Of a stretch of DNA of 64,000 nt, positions 36,251 to 47,290 are shown piece by piece; the first letter of the stretch is position 1, and the number at the start of each line of letters is the position of its first letter. A model generated the notes under the pieces. It was not told where the DNA came from and did no database searches. It was given only the letters and a program-made list of their open reading frames with translations. The position numbers and the translations under genes are program-made. Source of the stretch: Podarcis melisellensis (Eukaryota); assembly GCA_964234715.1 (NCBI GenBank), contig OZ174276.1; one strand, written 5' to 3'.

Positions 36251-36606
36251 GTGACGCGGGTGGCGCTGTGAGTTAAACCACAGAGCCTAGGACTTGCTGA
36301 TCAGAAGGTTGGCGGTTCGAATCCCCACAACAGGGTGAGCTCCCGTTGCTCGGTCCCAGCTCCTGCCAACCTAGCAGTTCGAAAGCACGTCAAAGTGCAA
36401 GTAGATAAATAGGTACTGCTCCAGCGGGAAGGTAAACGGCGTTTCCGTGCGCTGCTCTGGTTCGCCAGAAGCGGCTTAGTCATGCTGGCCACATGACCCG
36501 GAAGCTGCACGCCGGCTCCCTCGGCCAATAAAGCGAGATGAGCACCGCAGCCCCAGAGTCGGTCACGACTGGACCTAATGGTCAGGGGTCCCTTTACCTT
36601 TACCTT
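36251..36606 (+). mobile_element. Sauria SINE (Squam1), full length, 20 bp after the ASPSCR1 exon 15 donor
   Basis: GACGCGGGTGGCGCTGTG...GGTCAGGGGTCCCTTTACCTTTACCTT tail. Confidence 0.95.
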
Positions 36607-36987
36607 ACTTGTTCCTAGCCATTGTACTGCTCCTAAAAAAGATTCTGTGCGGCAGTCTGGCTCGTCAGCTAAGTGCGTATCTGAATATCCTGATTTAGGG
36701 TTGGGAAAGAATTTCCCTCAAGCAGATCAGAGTTTTCCTTTCCCACTACCCCCATACTCCTTTCCTACTACCCATCTTAGGCATGGTATGCCATGCTTGT
36801 CTCCCCCTGTAAAACGTGGCCCTGTTTAGTCTCCTACCAGCAGAGCCCTAAAATATTCTAATGTACTTTTCAGTCTGAAAGGACCTATCATTTGGGAGGC
36901 TCTGGAAAGCTCAGCAGTTGGAAGCTCCACTATATCAAAGTTTGTAGTAGAGGTTGCTTTCACAGTTGCTTTATGTTTGCATTTCAG

Positions 36988-37001
36988 GTGGGAAGCGATG
37001 A
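36988..37001 (+). CDS. ASPSCR1: ASPSCR1 terminal coding exon: GGKR-stop
   Basis: atttcag|GT GGG AAG CGA TGA; equivalent to mammalian ASKR-stop. Confidence 0.88.
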
Positions 37002-37121
37002 AGGACTTGTGATTTCCACCTTCAAAAAGTTGCCTCACCTGGCTGAGAGGCAAGTTGGGTTGCTCTGTTTTCCTTCATGTGAAGCTGCTGAAAGACAGGG
37101 CCCAGCAAACGGATTTTTCAG

Positions 37122-37127
37122 AATAAA
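37122..37127 (+). terminator. Candidate ASPSCR1 polyadenylation signal AATAAA (alternatives ATTAAA 37324, AATAAA 37614)
   Basis: First AATAAA after the stop codon, followed by T/GT-rich sequence. Confidence 0.5.
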
Positions 37128-38016
37128 ATTGCAAGCTCCATTTTCTGTTGCCCATTCTGCTGCTCTGTGTGCAACATTATGTTTGGGCGGTGGGTAAAGC
37201 AGAGACACACTCCAGCCACGCTGTTGTTTAACTAACATGAAGTAGGCGCGGAAATTTGTAGAACTACTTTGCTGTATTTGTTGTGTAGGTGCAGGGAATT
37301 TCAGGACCAGGTTGTTGATGATAATTAAAAACCCAGTTGGGTGGTCATACATGAGTCTGTAACACGTCAGTTGTCAGATGATCACCTTTGTGTTGTATAA
37401 ATTGTCACCAAATCCCCTATGTTGGAGGTTTGCTTCTGGTAACCCATAGGACTCCATGCCTGCCACACGCTGGACACTCCTTTTCCAGTGCTGCAGGCAC
37501 CGTACGTTGCTGCAATATTTTGTAGTTCTCAAAATATGTTGGTAGATCTGAATGAAGAGATGCCTTAGGACCTGGCAACACTTAAGAGAGGTCAGTGAAT
37601 ACTCTTTTGGGGTAATAAAAACACACACATCTCTGCAAAATTGCTTCAGACAACATAGGTTAGTGATAGCCAAAAAGGATGTCATCTCAAAGTCTTCAGT
37701 ATGTTGCTTTTAATTCTTTAATGCCATTGGCAAGTAGAGGCAAGCCAGAATGCACTTCATGGTCATCTTTATATTAAAGATATGTGTGATGCACAAGCAG
37801 AGGTTGTAGGCAAGGTCACATGCCAAAACCCCTTTGGAGCTTCAGATCCATAACGAAACTTCCATTGGCTTATCTTTTTAAATATTCCAGTGTTCCCGGA
37901 GCCTCTTCCTACTTCCTTTTGAACACTAGCTTACGGTAGTTTTTGTTGATTTCATGCTGTCACTTCTTAATAAGCACACAGTTCGCTTTGCTTTATGTGC
38001 ATGTTTGAATCATGTA

Positions 38017-38372
38017 CGTATTTTTCGCCCTATAGGGCGCACCTAGTTTTTTTGGGGGGGGGAATAAAGAAAAAAAATTATTTTCCCCGCAGGCGTGGGG
38101 ATGGGGCAGGGGAAGCCCGAGCTTCCCCCAACCCCAGCCCCCAGAACAGGCTGCTATCCGCAAGCCTAGGGAGCCCGGCAGGAACTCCCGCCCGGCTCCC
38201 AAGGCTTGCAGATAGCTTCCTAAAGCCTGGAGAGCGAGAGGGGTCGGTGCGCACCAATCCCTCTCGCTCTCCAGGCTTCAGCGAAAGCCTGCATTCGCCC
38301 CATAGGACACACACACATTTCCCCTTCATTTTTGGAGGGGGAAAAGTGCGTCCTATAGGGCAAAAAATATGG
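38017..38372. mobile_element. Same MITE family, copy 2 (inverted relative to copy 1)
   Basis: CGTATTTTTCGCCCTATAGG...CCTATAGGGCAAAAAATATGG with TA flanks; shares the AGCCTGGAGAGCGAGAGGG internal hairpin. Confidence 0.88.
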
Positions 38373-41300
38373 TATTTCTAACACTGCTTTTCACTGGAAG
38401 AAAATATCACAAAGTGGCTTCCGAAAAAGCAAATGTAACAAAAAATAGATCATACAATATATAAAGCGATAAAACAGACAAATCACTAGAAAAATGCACA
38501 GATGTATTGCGCTTCAGACTGAGCCCTACTTAAGGCTTCCATCAATTACTGGGAGCATTTGAGGAACAGCCAAATGCTGGTTTTCTCCTTTGCTACCCTC
38601 AGAGCCTTCAGATGTTCAACTAGTTCATATCTTTGTTGAAGTATTATTCTGTATTCCACCTGTATCTTTTTTCCCTGAGCTGCCTTTTCTCCAGTTTAAG
38701 CTGTCCTCATTTCTGTTTCCTTGGTTGCTTTTTCTAAACCAATGGCTAATATTGTGCTCCCTCCGTGTCCAGTCCCTGGCAGCACGAACGAGCACCGGCA
38801 ACTGCTTCCTGTCAACCCATAGTTCAGATTAGGCCCAGAAAGATCGGAGTGGCAGCAGTTTACGACCCCTGCCCATGAGCAGTTTCAAGGGCTCGGGTTT
38901 CTGCGTCCTGGGAACTTCCTAACCATGCCAACTCCTGATACCAGGCTTGCCAGAAGGCTGCCAAAATAGTAGCAAGGTGGAAAATATTTACTCTGGGAGA
39001 GAAAAACACCACTGGCTTGCTAGTTGGCATCATTTTGGTCTGAACTGCGATAATATCTGGTAGTTTTCAGAACTTTTGACGTTTGTTCTCAATGAAAACA
39101 CTGTTATTATATAAAAATACATTACAAAACAGGAAAAAATATGTTATTCTAACTGAGGACTTTTACAATGATTATTCCAATGTGCAGCAAAAGGAACCCA
39201 TCTGTGCAGCGGTTAATCACAATTTGTTTCCAGTTGGAGTCATATCAATATATAGTTGGCATGTCTATTTCAGCTGCAAGGAGTGCTTTCCCAGCTCCTC
39301 CGCAATAAGCCATGGTCTGTTGATTTCTAGTTTGTTAAAATTACAAATGCAGTAACTAGCATTTTCAATTAGAGCTTTGTGGTCCATTAGCACCTCTCCC
39401 CAACAATACCATAAAAAGAAACAGGTTGCAGCTTAATCCAGATTGTTATCAAATGGATGTTTTCCCCATAAAATTCACTAACCAGAAGGTATTCTCATCA
39501 CATATGTATAACTCCCACCCATATATGTTGACTCATTGAATCATTTAGTCTTGTCACTCCCTCCTCCCTCCTCCCCGGTCATATTCAATAATATGCAAGT
39601 TTCTCTGGGCCCAGGGGGCCGCTGCACACATCACATTATAAGCAAGGGATACCTGCTAGCAGATTGCTGTGGATACATGCAGATTGCTCTAAACTGAGAC
39701 ATGCAAGGTAGCTCAGCCATATACAGGGCAGCAGTGAGCCAACTGAATGCATTATTCCTCCAGCCCTTATTGAATTCAAACCGTAACCCCTGTTAAATAA
39801 TCAGTTGCTGAGGAAGGCCATTAAGGGCTATAGGTCCTTAAATAACATCTGCACCCATCTCTTCCCATGACAACAGTATGGTGCTCCCTAAACACTTGTG
39901 CAACTTCAAAGGCTTCTGGATCCAAGTGTGATTCAATTGCCCCTCTGTAAACAGTTGTGAAGTTAAGCTAATTTCTTTAACCCTGTGCTATGCTATTCAA
40001 AGACCCTGGCTCTTCTACATAATAGTTGATGACTAAGTGGAGGAGGAGAAATATCTCTGCTGCAGGCTAACAGATCAGGCTAGTTTGATGCTAGATGGGT
40101 GCTAAGAGTTACACTTTTTTCAGAGAGTGCATAATTTGTAGGTGTATGGAAGCAGGGTGACCATAAGAGGCCTTTCAATTAGTCTCTTTTTGAATTGCAC
40201 ATCCTCTCCACCTACTTGTTCGGGTTCTCTATCAGTTCAGAGTAACCTGCTTCCTGTTCAGTGTGCCTGACATGGCCCATTTCCCTCCTGCCCCTGCTTT
40301 TCCAACAAAGAAAACAAGAGCATTGTACCATCTGAATGAACTTCAAAGTGGCTGGAAGGGGCACCAAGGGTTCCTGGCACTTGTCATTGTCTCCCAGACT
40401 GACCAACATTTCCCTTCAGGTCTAATTACTTCCAAATGCGTCCAGCCGCTTTGAAGAAAACCAGGAGGGGAGCGGGGGGAGGGAAAAGGTAGGGAGAAAA
40501 GCTTCAGAGCACACAGGGAGCAGAGAGCAGTTAAAATAGCAAAGGCGCAGATCTTTAATGTCACCCAAAAACTGAGCCACCAAAGAAGATGAGTGTATAA
40601 GACAACAGCTGACGAAAACTGAATCCTGCTTTAACTGTACTGTTCCACACACACACTGCTGCCATCTGTGGTACTGGGAGGGTGGCTGCTACAGAAGACA
40701 AAGTGGAAACTAAATCCAAGCAAGGTTAGGACAGTGCCAATTCTAGCCTTATTACCCTTACCTGGAAGAATGTGGTCTGTGTGGTTCTTCAGTAAGTCCA
40801 TTTCTCTGTGCTAGGAGCTTGGCAGATCTCATCTTTCTGCACTCTACGTTGGAGGTTTCTAATTGTTTCCTTTGGGCCGGTTAGTGTTGACACCCAAGCT
40901 GCTTTCTGGTTTTCCCTGTGATCTGCCCTTTGTATCTTTATACTGTAAGATCTGTCACATAATCAAGCAGCCAGCATTCTGCGCTGAAATGTTGTTCAAA
41001 CAGAACACACACACTGCTGTTAGGACAGATCATACGCATTAGCATATGGGTCTCTGGCTGAAAGGTGTATGTGTGTTCTTGAAAAACAGAATTTTGTTTT
41101 ATTGCTATATTTTTATTACAAGCCATGGAGGGAAACAGGGAAGGGATGACGCCCTGCGGATTGAAGCCCCAGACTGAAAATGCCAAGCTGTCTTGTTTCT
41201 AAGTTTTGACCATAAAGTTACTTACATTTCAAAGGTTGGGGGTTGTTGTTGTTTTTCACTCACAAAATTTTCATTAGAAGCTGTTCCTTGAAAAATGTAA

Positions 41301-42970
41301 AACAATTAGTTGATGCTGCTGCTATAGTTTCTATACTACAGCAATGCTTGCTGTTAAGACACATGTACCTCATAATCCCTAATTGTGGGTGGTCATTCAG
41401 TTCTTGCTTTTCTTCCTTCAAAGCAGAGATGAGAGATCTGTGGCCTTCCAGGTGTTGCTGGACTCTCATCAGCTTCAGCCAGCATGGCCAATGGTCAGGG
41501 AAGATTGGACTTCTAGTCCAACAACATACGGAGAGTGGCAGGTTCCCCCACCTCTTGTTCAGAGAGCCCTTCTTTGCTGTACTTGCACACATCCTGCCCT
41601 GTGTCAGATTCAAGATCTGCACTGGTTGCTGACTCACTTGCCTATCCTAAAACAACTGAGCAGGTAAGAGCGTTGGTTTGATCCTACCTACACTGTCACT
41701 TAAAAAAAAAAAAATCCCTCTGATTGCATGTAGTAGTATCAATTGTCTTCTGCCTTCCTTTCTCCTGGGCAACAGATGCCTTAACACTGATACATGTGCA
41801 ATTGTAAACTGTAGAGTGTTTCTTCTAGGAGCAATAATCAGTCAGGTGTGCATTAGGCAGACTGATGCACAGGGACTCCGGCTCAGGGCCTGTGTTCAAA
41901 GGCTGAATTGTAACCAAAGTAGGGCTATGAATAGATTCAACTGCAGCAGCAATAAAAAGGACCCATCAGATCATAGCTGTCAACGTTTCCCTTTTTTAAA
42001 AAAGGGAAATTCCCTTATTCCGAATAGGATTCCTCGCAAGAAAAGGGAAAAGTTGACAGCTATGCATCAGATAATCTCTAGAGTCTCAAAATTAAAATCT
42101 TGATCATGCTGAAATGAAGAAGATGCAGCTTGACTAGCACTTCCAGCTACATTGTATGGTTGAATCACACCTCTCTGCTGCCAGAGTTTATATTCCAAAT
42201 AAATTTGTTTGGTACTGCACGCAAACTCACTGTGCCCTGTTTAAGACCAAGACTTTTAATAGTACATCTCCATCCCACAGAGTTCAATGAGACTTTACAC
42301 CCAAGTAAGTGTGTACACAGGATTGTAGCATAAATCAGGTGAAAAAGAGAGCCAGTTCCCTCTGTCCCATTCATAGAGTAGGTGGTGGGGAAGGATAGCA
42401 TATTACCGTAATCCCCCCTCCCAATTTTTAGCACCAGGTTTGGGCCATAATTTGGATTTTCCCTTTAGAAATTTAAGCAGAGACATCCTGTTAAGTCAGT
42501 GTGCAAGTGTATGCAGAACAGAGACCTACATGTGTTTTAGTTTAGCTTTGCTGTGGGTACATGTGTGTTTAAACCCATATTAAATGTTCTGTAGTACATT
42601 CACACCCCTTGCTTAATGGGGGATTAAGCTTTGTGTTTAGTCAAAGCTGTTCAACTCTGGTGATCGGCCTGTTTTATACAATTCAGAGCTATATAGGAAG
42701 CAGCTGCCTGGGCCATTTGCTCGTCCAAGGCCTAGACTACATTAAACCAAATGGAAATGGAGAAGATACTTGCAAATAACAGGAAAAGTTAGCCTTTAAG
42801 GCTGTTAAGACTTTTGACCAGATCATTTTGAGCTCAGTGAGACTTGCTTCTGAGTAGACTAAAAGCAAGGTTTAAGACACTTCGCTTAACAGATGGCTGT
42901 AAAAATTCTGATTGATCAGATACCTTTAACTTCTAGCCTAAGCCCTACAAGTATCCTTAATTTACATGTC

Positions 42971-43725
42971 AAGAGCAGTGTGGTACACTCATAGCCGTCA
43001 AGTGTCCCTTATTTGAAGGGACAGTCCCTTATTCCAGCGCCATGTCCCGCTGCTGTCCCTTATTGATGGATGTCCCTTAAATGATGTCCCTAAAATTTCA
43101 AAGGAAGCAGCTCCTCTCCCTCCCTGCCGGCCAGGGAGGAGGGAGGCTCCAACTGTGTTGCTTGGCTGTGTTGCTCACCCAATAAGAAGTTTAAGAACGA
43201 CTGGGGGGTGGAGCTTGCATGCCTTGTGTGTGGCTAGGTAATGCAAGCTGAGGGGGGTTTTGAATGCTGAACGCCATTTTGTTGCATGTGCTGCTGCAAA
43301 CTTTGCAGTGCAAAGCCAGGCCGGGGAGCCATCTTAAGTTGAGGCTGCATAGGCCTTGTGGTGCATGTGATTCAGGTTCTATTCAGTTGAACCTCTGGTT
43401 ACAAAGTTGGTTGGACAGTGTTCTCGAAGCTACCAGCATAAGTTTGACCAGACTGCAGGAGGACAGGAAGACTGGAGTGCCTGGAACAGGTGAGGCTGCT
43501 GGTCCCTTATTTTGGCTGCTGGTCCCTTATTTTCAAGGCTGCTGCTCCCTTATTTTCAAATCTGTAAGTTGGCAGCTATGTACACTGGTTAGACTAGTGT
43601 GGGTCTGAGAACACACTGGTTCAAATCTGCATTCAACCAGGGTGACTTTGGGCCAGTCGCTATCTCTCAGCCTATCCTACTTTACAGGGTTGTGGTGAGG
43701 ATACAAATGGAGAAGAACTATGCAC
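42971..43725 (+). mobile_element. MIR-like tRNA-derived SINE interrupted by the 42990-43580 element
   Basis: Rejoined sequence GCAGTGTGGTACACTGGTTAGA...GGTTCAAATC...GGGTGACTTTGGGCCAGTC...CAGGGTTGTGGTGAGGATA has A box, B box and core. Confidence 0.7.
42990..43580. mobile_element. Non-autonomous DNA transposon (hAT-like) with 6-bp TSD, nested in a SINE
   Basis: TIRs CATAGCCGTCAA / TTGGCAGCTATG; TSD TACACT; repeated subterminal GTCCCTTAT motifs. Confidence 0.85.
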
Positions 43726-45249
43726 ATTAGTTCTTGGGGAACACACACAAAACTAAATACTGTCTTTAGTACTGCTCTTAAGCCCACATCCTCTGAAGTA
43801 AAGCCCCACCAACCTTAGACTCCCAATAAACGAGCACAAAGGAGTGCATGCATTATCAGTAGTTTGTAGCATACGTTTTATGATGCAACAGAGCGCAACA
43901 TTGTTTTCATGCTTTGTCACAATTGAGCAAAATAGCTATAAACATTGCACTACCATATTTGTCTAATGCAGACATAGCAAAGAGCTACAAATTCAATTTC
44001 TGGTTTAAGGAACCAGGTGGGAAAGAATAATGCCTAAGAGAACAACTCCCAGCTAGAGTAGACTACGTGGACAAATACTTTGACCTGATACAAGGAGCAT
44101 CCTAGGGTTCAGTGTTAATACACACTGATAAATCCACTTCTGTTTTTGAAATCTGATGAAGATGAGAATACTGGAAACGCTAAACCATGGTTAAAAGGCT
44201 GCTAAAGCAGGGTAACATGTAACACTCCTAGAATTTGCTGGATTCCTAACAGCTCCTGCCAGAATCGCCACCAGTGGTAAGGGATCATGGGAGTTGTAGA
44301 CCAGCAAGAGCTTACTCACCCCTCTGCTAAACCATGGTTGAGGCTGACAAAGGAAGAACAGGAGAAAGGGAAATTGCTTTTGTAACGCTAGTTCCTAATT
44401 TATAGGCCGTGGGTTTGTAGGAAGACAGTATTATGACAGTTCTGGGAAAGGGCAGCATTCCACCTAACCCTCATCCTGTGCTTTTCAGTGTAAACATTAC
44501 TGGGTATTTCAGAGCCAGCATTCAAAGCCAGCAGTCCTTCGTCCCTGTCATTACCAATACGTAGCAACTGGTACCTTAGAAAAGTCATGCGCGTGCTATA
44601 CCTATCAGGCAGCATGGCTGCTAACCACTAGCTGACAGTATCATTGCTGCCTTGGTCTTGTTCTGCCTCTTGGCGCACTCCTCTCTATATCCATTCGGAA
44701 GTAAGCCCCGTTGAGTTCAATGGAGTGTAGGCCCAGATCTGTGGGTATAGGATTGCAGCCTGTCAGTACCTCGAGTGGCAATTGCTTCTCCCTCTGTAGG
44801 CCTAGCCTTTATTTTGCAATAGAAAAAAAGATTCATTAGGCTATGCCCTGCCCCCATGTATACGGTTTACTATTTCACAGCTCTCTTCTCTCCCTCCCGT
44901 CCTGCCCCGCTGACACAGAGGGGCTGGGCTGTGCGTGATGTGGGATCCTCACACATGCTGTTTGTTATTCTGCCCCTTTTTGAAAGTTTTTCTTTCGTCC
45001 TACAAAGAGGGTGGGGGGGAGGCCAAACGACTCTTTGAAGCTACTTGACTTTCTATGATTAATTGCAACAAGGAGCCCCGCGCGAGGGAGGGAGACTATT
45101 TTTGATTTATTGAAGTTTCTTTGTGAGAACAAATTTATAGCAGAGGGAAGCAGCTTCTGAGAGGAATATCAAATGGTTAAAAGGTTCCAAGCACTCTTTG
45201 ATGTCATGGCCCCAGTGGAATGCTGGAAAGGATTGAGGGACAAGCACTG

Positions 45250-45255
45250 TTTATT
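45250..45255 (-). terminator. Candidate CENPX polyadenylation signal (AATAAA on -)
   Basis: TTTATT on +, ~570 nt past the CENPX stop codon. Confidence 0.6.
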
Positions 45256-45821
45256 TATAAAATAAAGATCAGGTACCTGATGCTGGCACAGACCTGGGGC
45301 TCGGCTCCTGTTTAAGAACTCAGACAGCAGACAGGCCCGGAGCTGGCCTTTAAATGCCTGCTGAGGTGATGAGAGCCCACGGTGTGGGGAGCGCTTCCAG
45401 GCATACTCACTCTTTCCACACACCCCTACAGGAAGGCACCTGCTTCTCCCATTGGAAAAGAAAGTGTAGACTCTGCCTGGCTGTGAATCGGAAACAGCAG
45501 CAGGCTAGGACGCAGCCTCAGATGGTGAGGTGTCACTGACTCCAGGCATCCCATCACAAAGAGGGAGGGGTGGGGGGAGAGAGAGAAAAGATTCCAGCCC
45601 TTAGCAGCCAGCCTTTGACCATCATGGAGTGCCCAGAAAGAGAGATAGCAAACAACCGCAACTGCGCCGGCAAGGAAGGAGAGAGGTGATGAGAATATCG
45701 TCCGAGCAAGCAGAATAACGGCGGGGCAGATTCCATTTCAAAGCCTGTCTTCCACTTTGCTCCAGAGGTCAGGCCACGATCTTCCCTCTCACAGGAATGT
45801 GGGCTTTGCCCCATCAGGTTT

Positions 45822-45836
45822 CTAGAAGTCCAAAAG
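45822..45836 (-). CDS. CENPX: CENPX exon 5 CDS: LLDF-stop
   Basis: ttacag|CTT TTG GAC TTC TAG; conserved LLLDF C-terminus. Confidence 0.94.
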   Translation of the reverse strand, partial: LLDF

Positions 45837-46034
45837 CTGTAAACATTAAGCGTTTTTAAGTTACTGTGAGCAAAGAGTTCTCCCCAAACTGTTTGGCTGA
45901 TTTGCCTGAGTTCCAGTTGTCCAGTGAGGATATTACTAACCAGTCAAACATCCCCCCCAAAGGAAGGGGATTAAGATGCCTTTGCCCACATCCTTATCCT
46001 GTTAATTTAGGAATCCAAGCTGTGCGTTACATAC

Positions 46035-46123
46035 CAGCTGCGGCAGCACTTTTTCCACGTGCTCCACATCCACCCTGGTCAGGTCCTCCGTTTGAGCCTG
46101 CCGTGCGGCTCGTGCGGCTGCCT
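46035..46123 (-). CDS. CENPX: CENPX exon 4: [30 protein letters not shown]
   Basis: ttgcag|AG ... CTG|gtatgt. Confidence 0.96.
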
Positions 46124-47011
46124 CTGCAAAAAACACACAAGCAGGCAAGGTGCAACAAGTAGGTACTGGGAAGGGTAACAGAAATGGCCTTTAGGGAGGA
46201 ATGAAATCAGTCAAGTAACAAAAAAGTTACTTTGAGGGGCTTTGCTTGGGAACAAATAAGTCTGCAATTCACAGTATTAGTACTGGACTACTTTCAGATC
46301 AGAAAGTGTTAACTTCTCACCACTCAGCACTTTTTCCTTGCCCAAAATTGTTCTCAACGTTCAGGCAAATGAACCCCAAGCAAAGCATGTGCTACCTTCT
46401 GAATGTGCACATGTCCACCTAGCTGCTGAGGCTCCAAACATTCATAGTTGGGGAGCCTATGGCCCGCCAGATGCCACTCAACTCCAATTCCCATCAGCCA
46501 CAGTTAGCATAGGCGGTGGCTGCAGATGATGGGATATGTAGTCTTGCAACATCTGGAGGGTCCCAGGTTCCCCACCCCTGCAGCAGATCATGAACTCAAG
46601 ACTGCTGAGAAAGTCCTAGGCTTTATATATCTGATGGAAGCATCATTAAAAATAAGCTTTCAGCATTTAAGCTGTACCCATTCTGTATCAAGCCTGGAAA
46701 ATCAAGCTCTAATGCCCAGCTAAAGTATAAGGTTTCATGAAGAATCTACTAGTTTCTGATAGAAAGATCAGGGTCTTTTTTTTCTTCAGGACTTGGTTTT
46801 TGTGCTGAACCATGATTTAGCTTGTCCTGCTTTCTTCCTTTTAGTATCTCCTATTGACTTGTACTGCCTTCTGAACGAACAGTGAGGCTACACCTTAAAA
46901 GTATAAAGAGTTTTTATAGTCTTCCGATTTTTGCACTAATTTTTGTCCTTCTATGTCATTCATCTGTGACTGCCATTCTATGGAAAAAAGGCACAGTCCT
47001 TTACAACTTAC

Positions 47012-47065
47012 CTCGCACGAACACTTTGAGCATTTCTGCCATGAGCAGCAGAGCATCACCACTGA
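47012..47065 (-). CDS. CENPX: CENPX exon 3: [18 protein letters not shown]
   Basis: ttccag|TC ... CGAG|gtaagt; visible in ORF 47001-47186. Confidence 0.96.
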
Positions 47066-47238
47066 CTGGAAAGAGGGGAGAAAGTAACCATGAGAAGTGC
47101 TCAGCCCAGTTATCTGCCCACAACCCAGGAATTATGGTTACCTCTGATATTCCAGGGCATGATCTCTCTACAGAAAAGTTTGGCAAGATTGTGAGCAGGA
47201 ATTGGCCTCCTTATTGAGACAGAAGGGAAAGCAATTAC

Positions 47239-47290
47239 CTCGTGTTTTGTCATCTTTGAAGTGGAGCTGGAGCAGTTTGTTCACGGTCTC
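47239..47290 (-). CDS. CENPX: CENPX exon 2: [17 protein letters not shown]
   Basis: atgcag|GAG ... CGAG|gtaatt. Confidence 0.96.

Larger units (their letters stand above)
758..37001 (+). other. ASPSCR1: ASPSCR1 (TUG/UBXD9) gene body, 3' part. CDS join 758-831, 2563-2980, 9132-9271, 12183-12264, 12979-13045, 14988-15050, 15273-15325, 34231-34282, 35489-35555, 36040-36230, 36988-37001. 5' exons lie upstream of the window
   Basis: Spliced translation matches ASPSCR1 motifs: SLGLTGG, PGGPSKPKK, ELPDEFFEVTVDDVRKRL, KLERYPKVVLRVYFPDRHILQGFF (UBX), TPP, ANLFPAA, GKVPKWLKLP. All junctions are GT-AG and in phase. Confidence 0.97.

Noticed and set aside
36301-36528. Similar ORFs at 29566, 36301, 54058 and 55577 (PGHVASMTK...GFEPPTF) resembling a gene family
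   Set aside because: All are antisense translations of Sauria SINE copies.
40655-40675. CTCF-like motif GCTGCCATCTGTGG between ASPSCR1 and CENPX
   Set aside because: One base short of the consensus spacing; cannot be supported without a PWM scan or ChIP data.
42990-43580. Repeated GTCCCTTAT motifs as a CRISPR-like array
   Set aside because: Short, irregularly spaced subterminal repeats inside a TIR element in vertebrate DNA; no repeat-spacer regularity or cas genes.
44153-44180. CTGATGA...GAAAC as another hammerhead
   Set aside because: No stem II or stem I pairing around the boxes.
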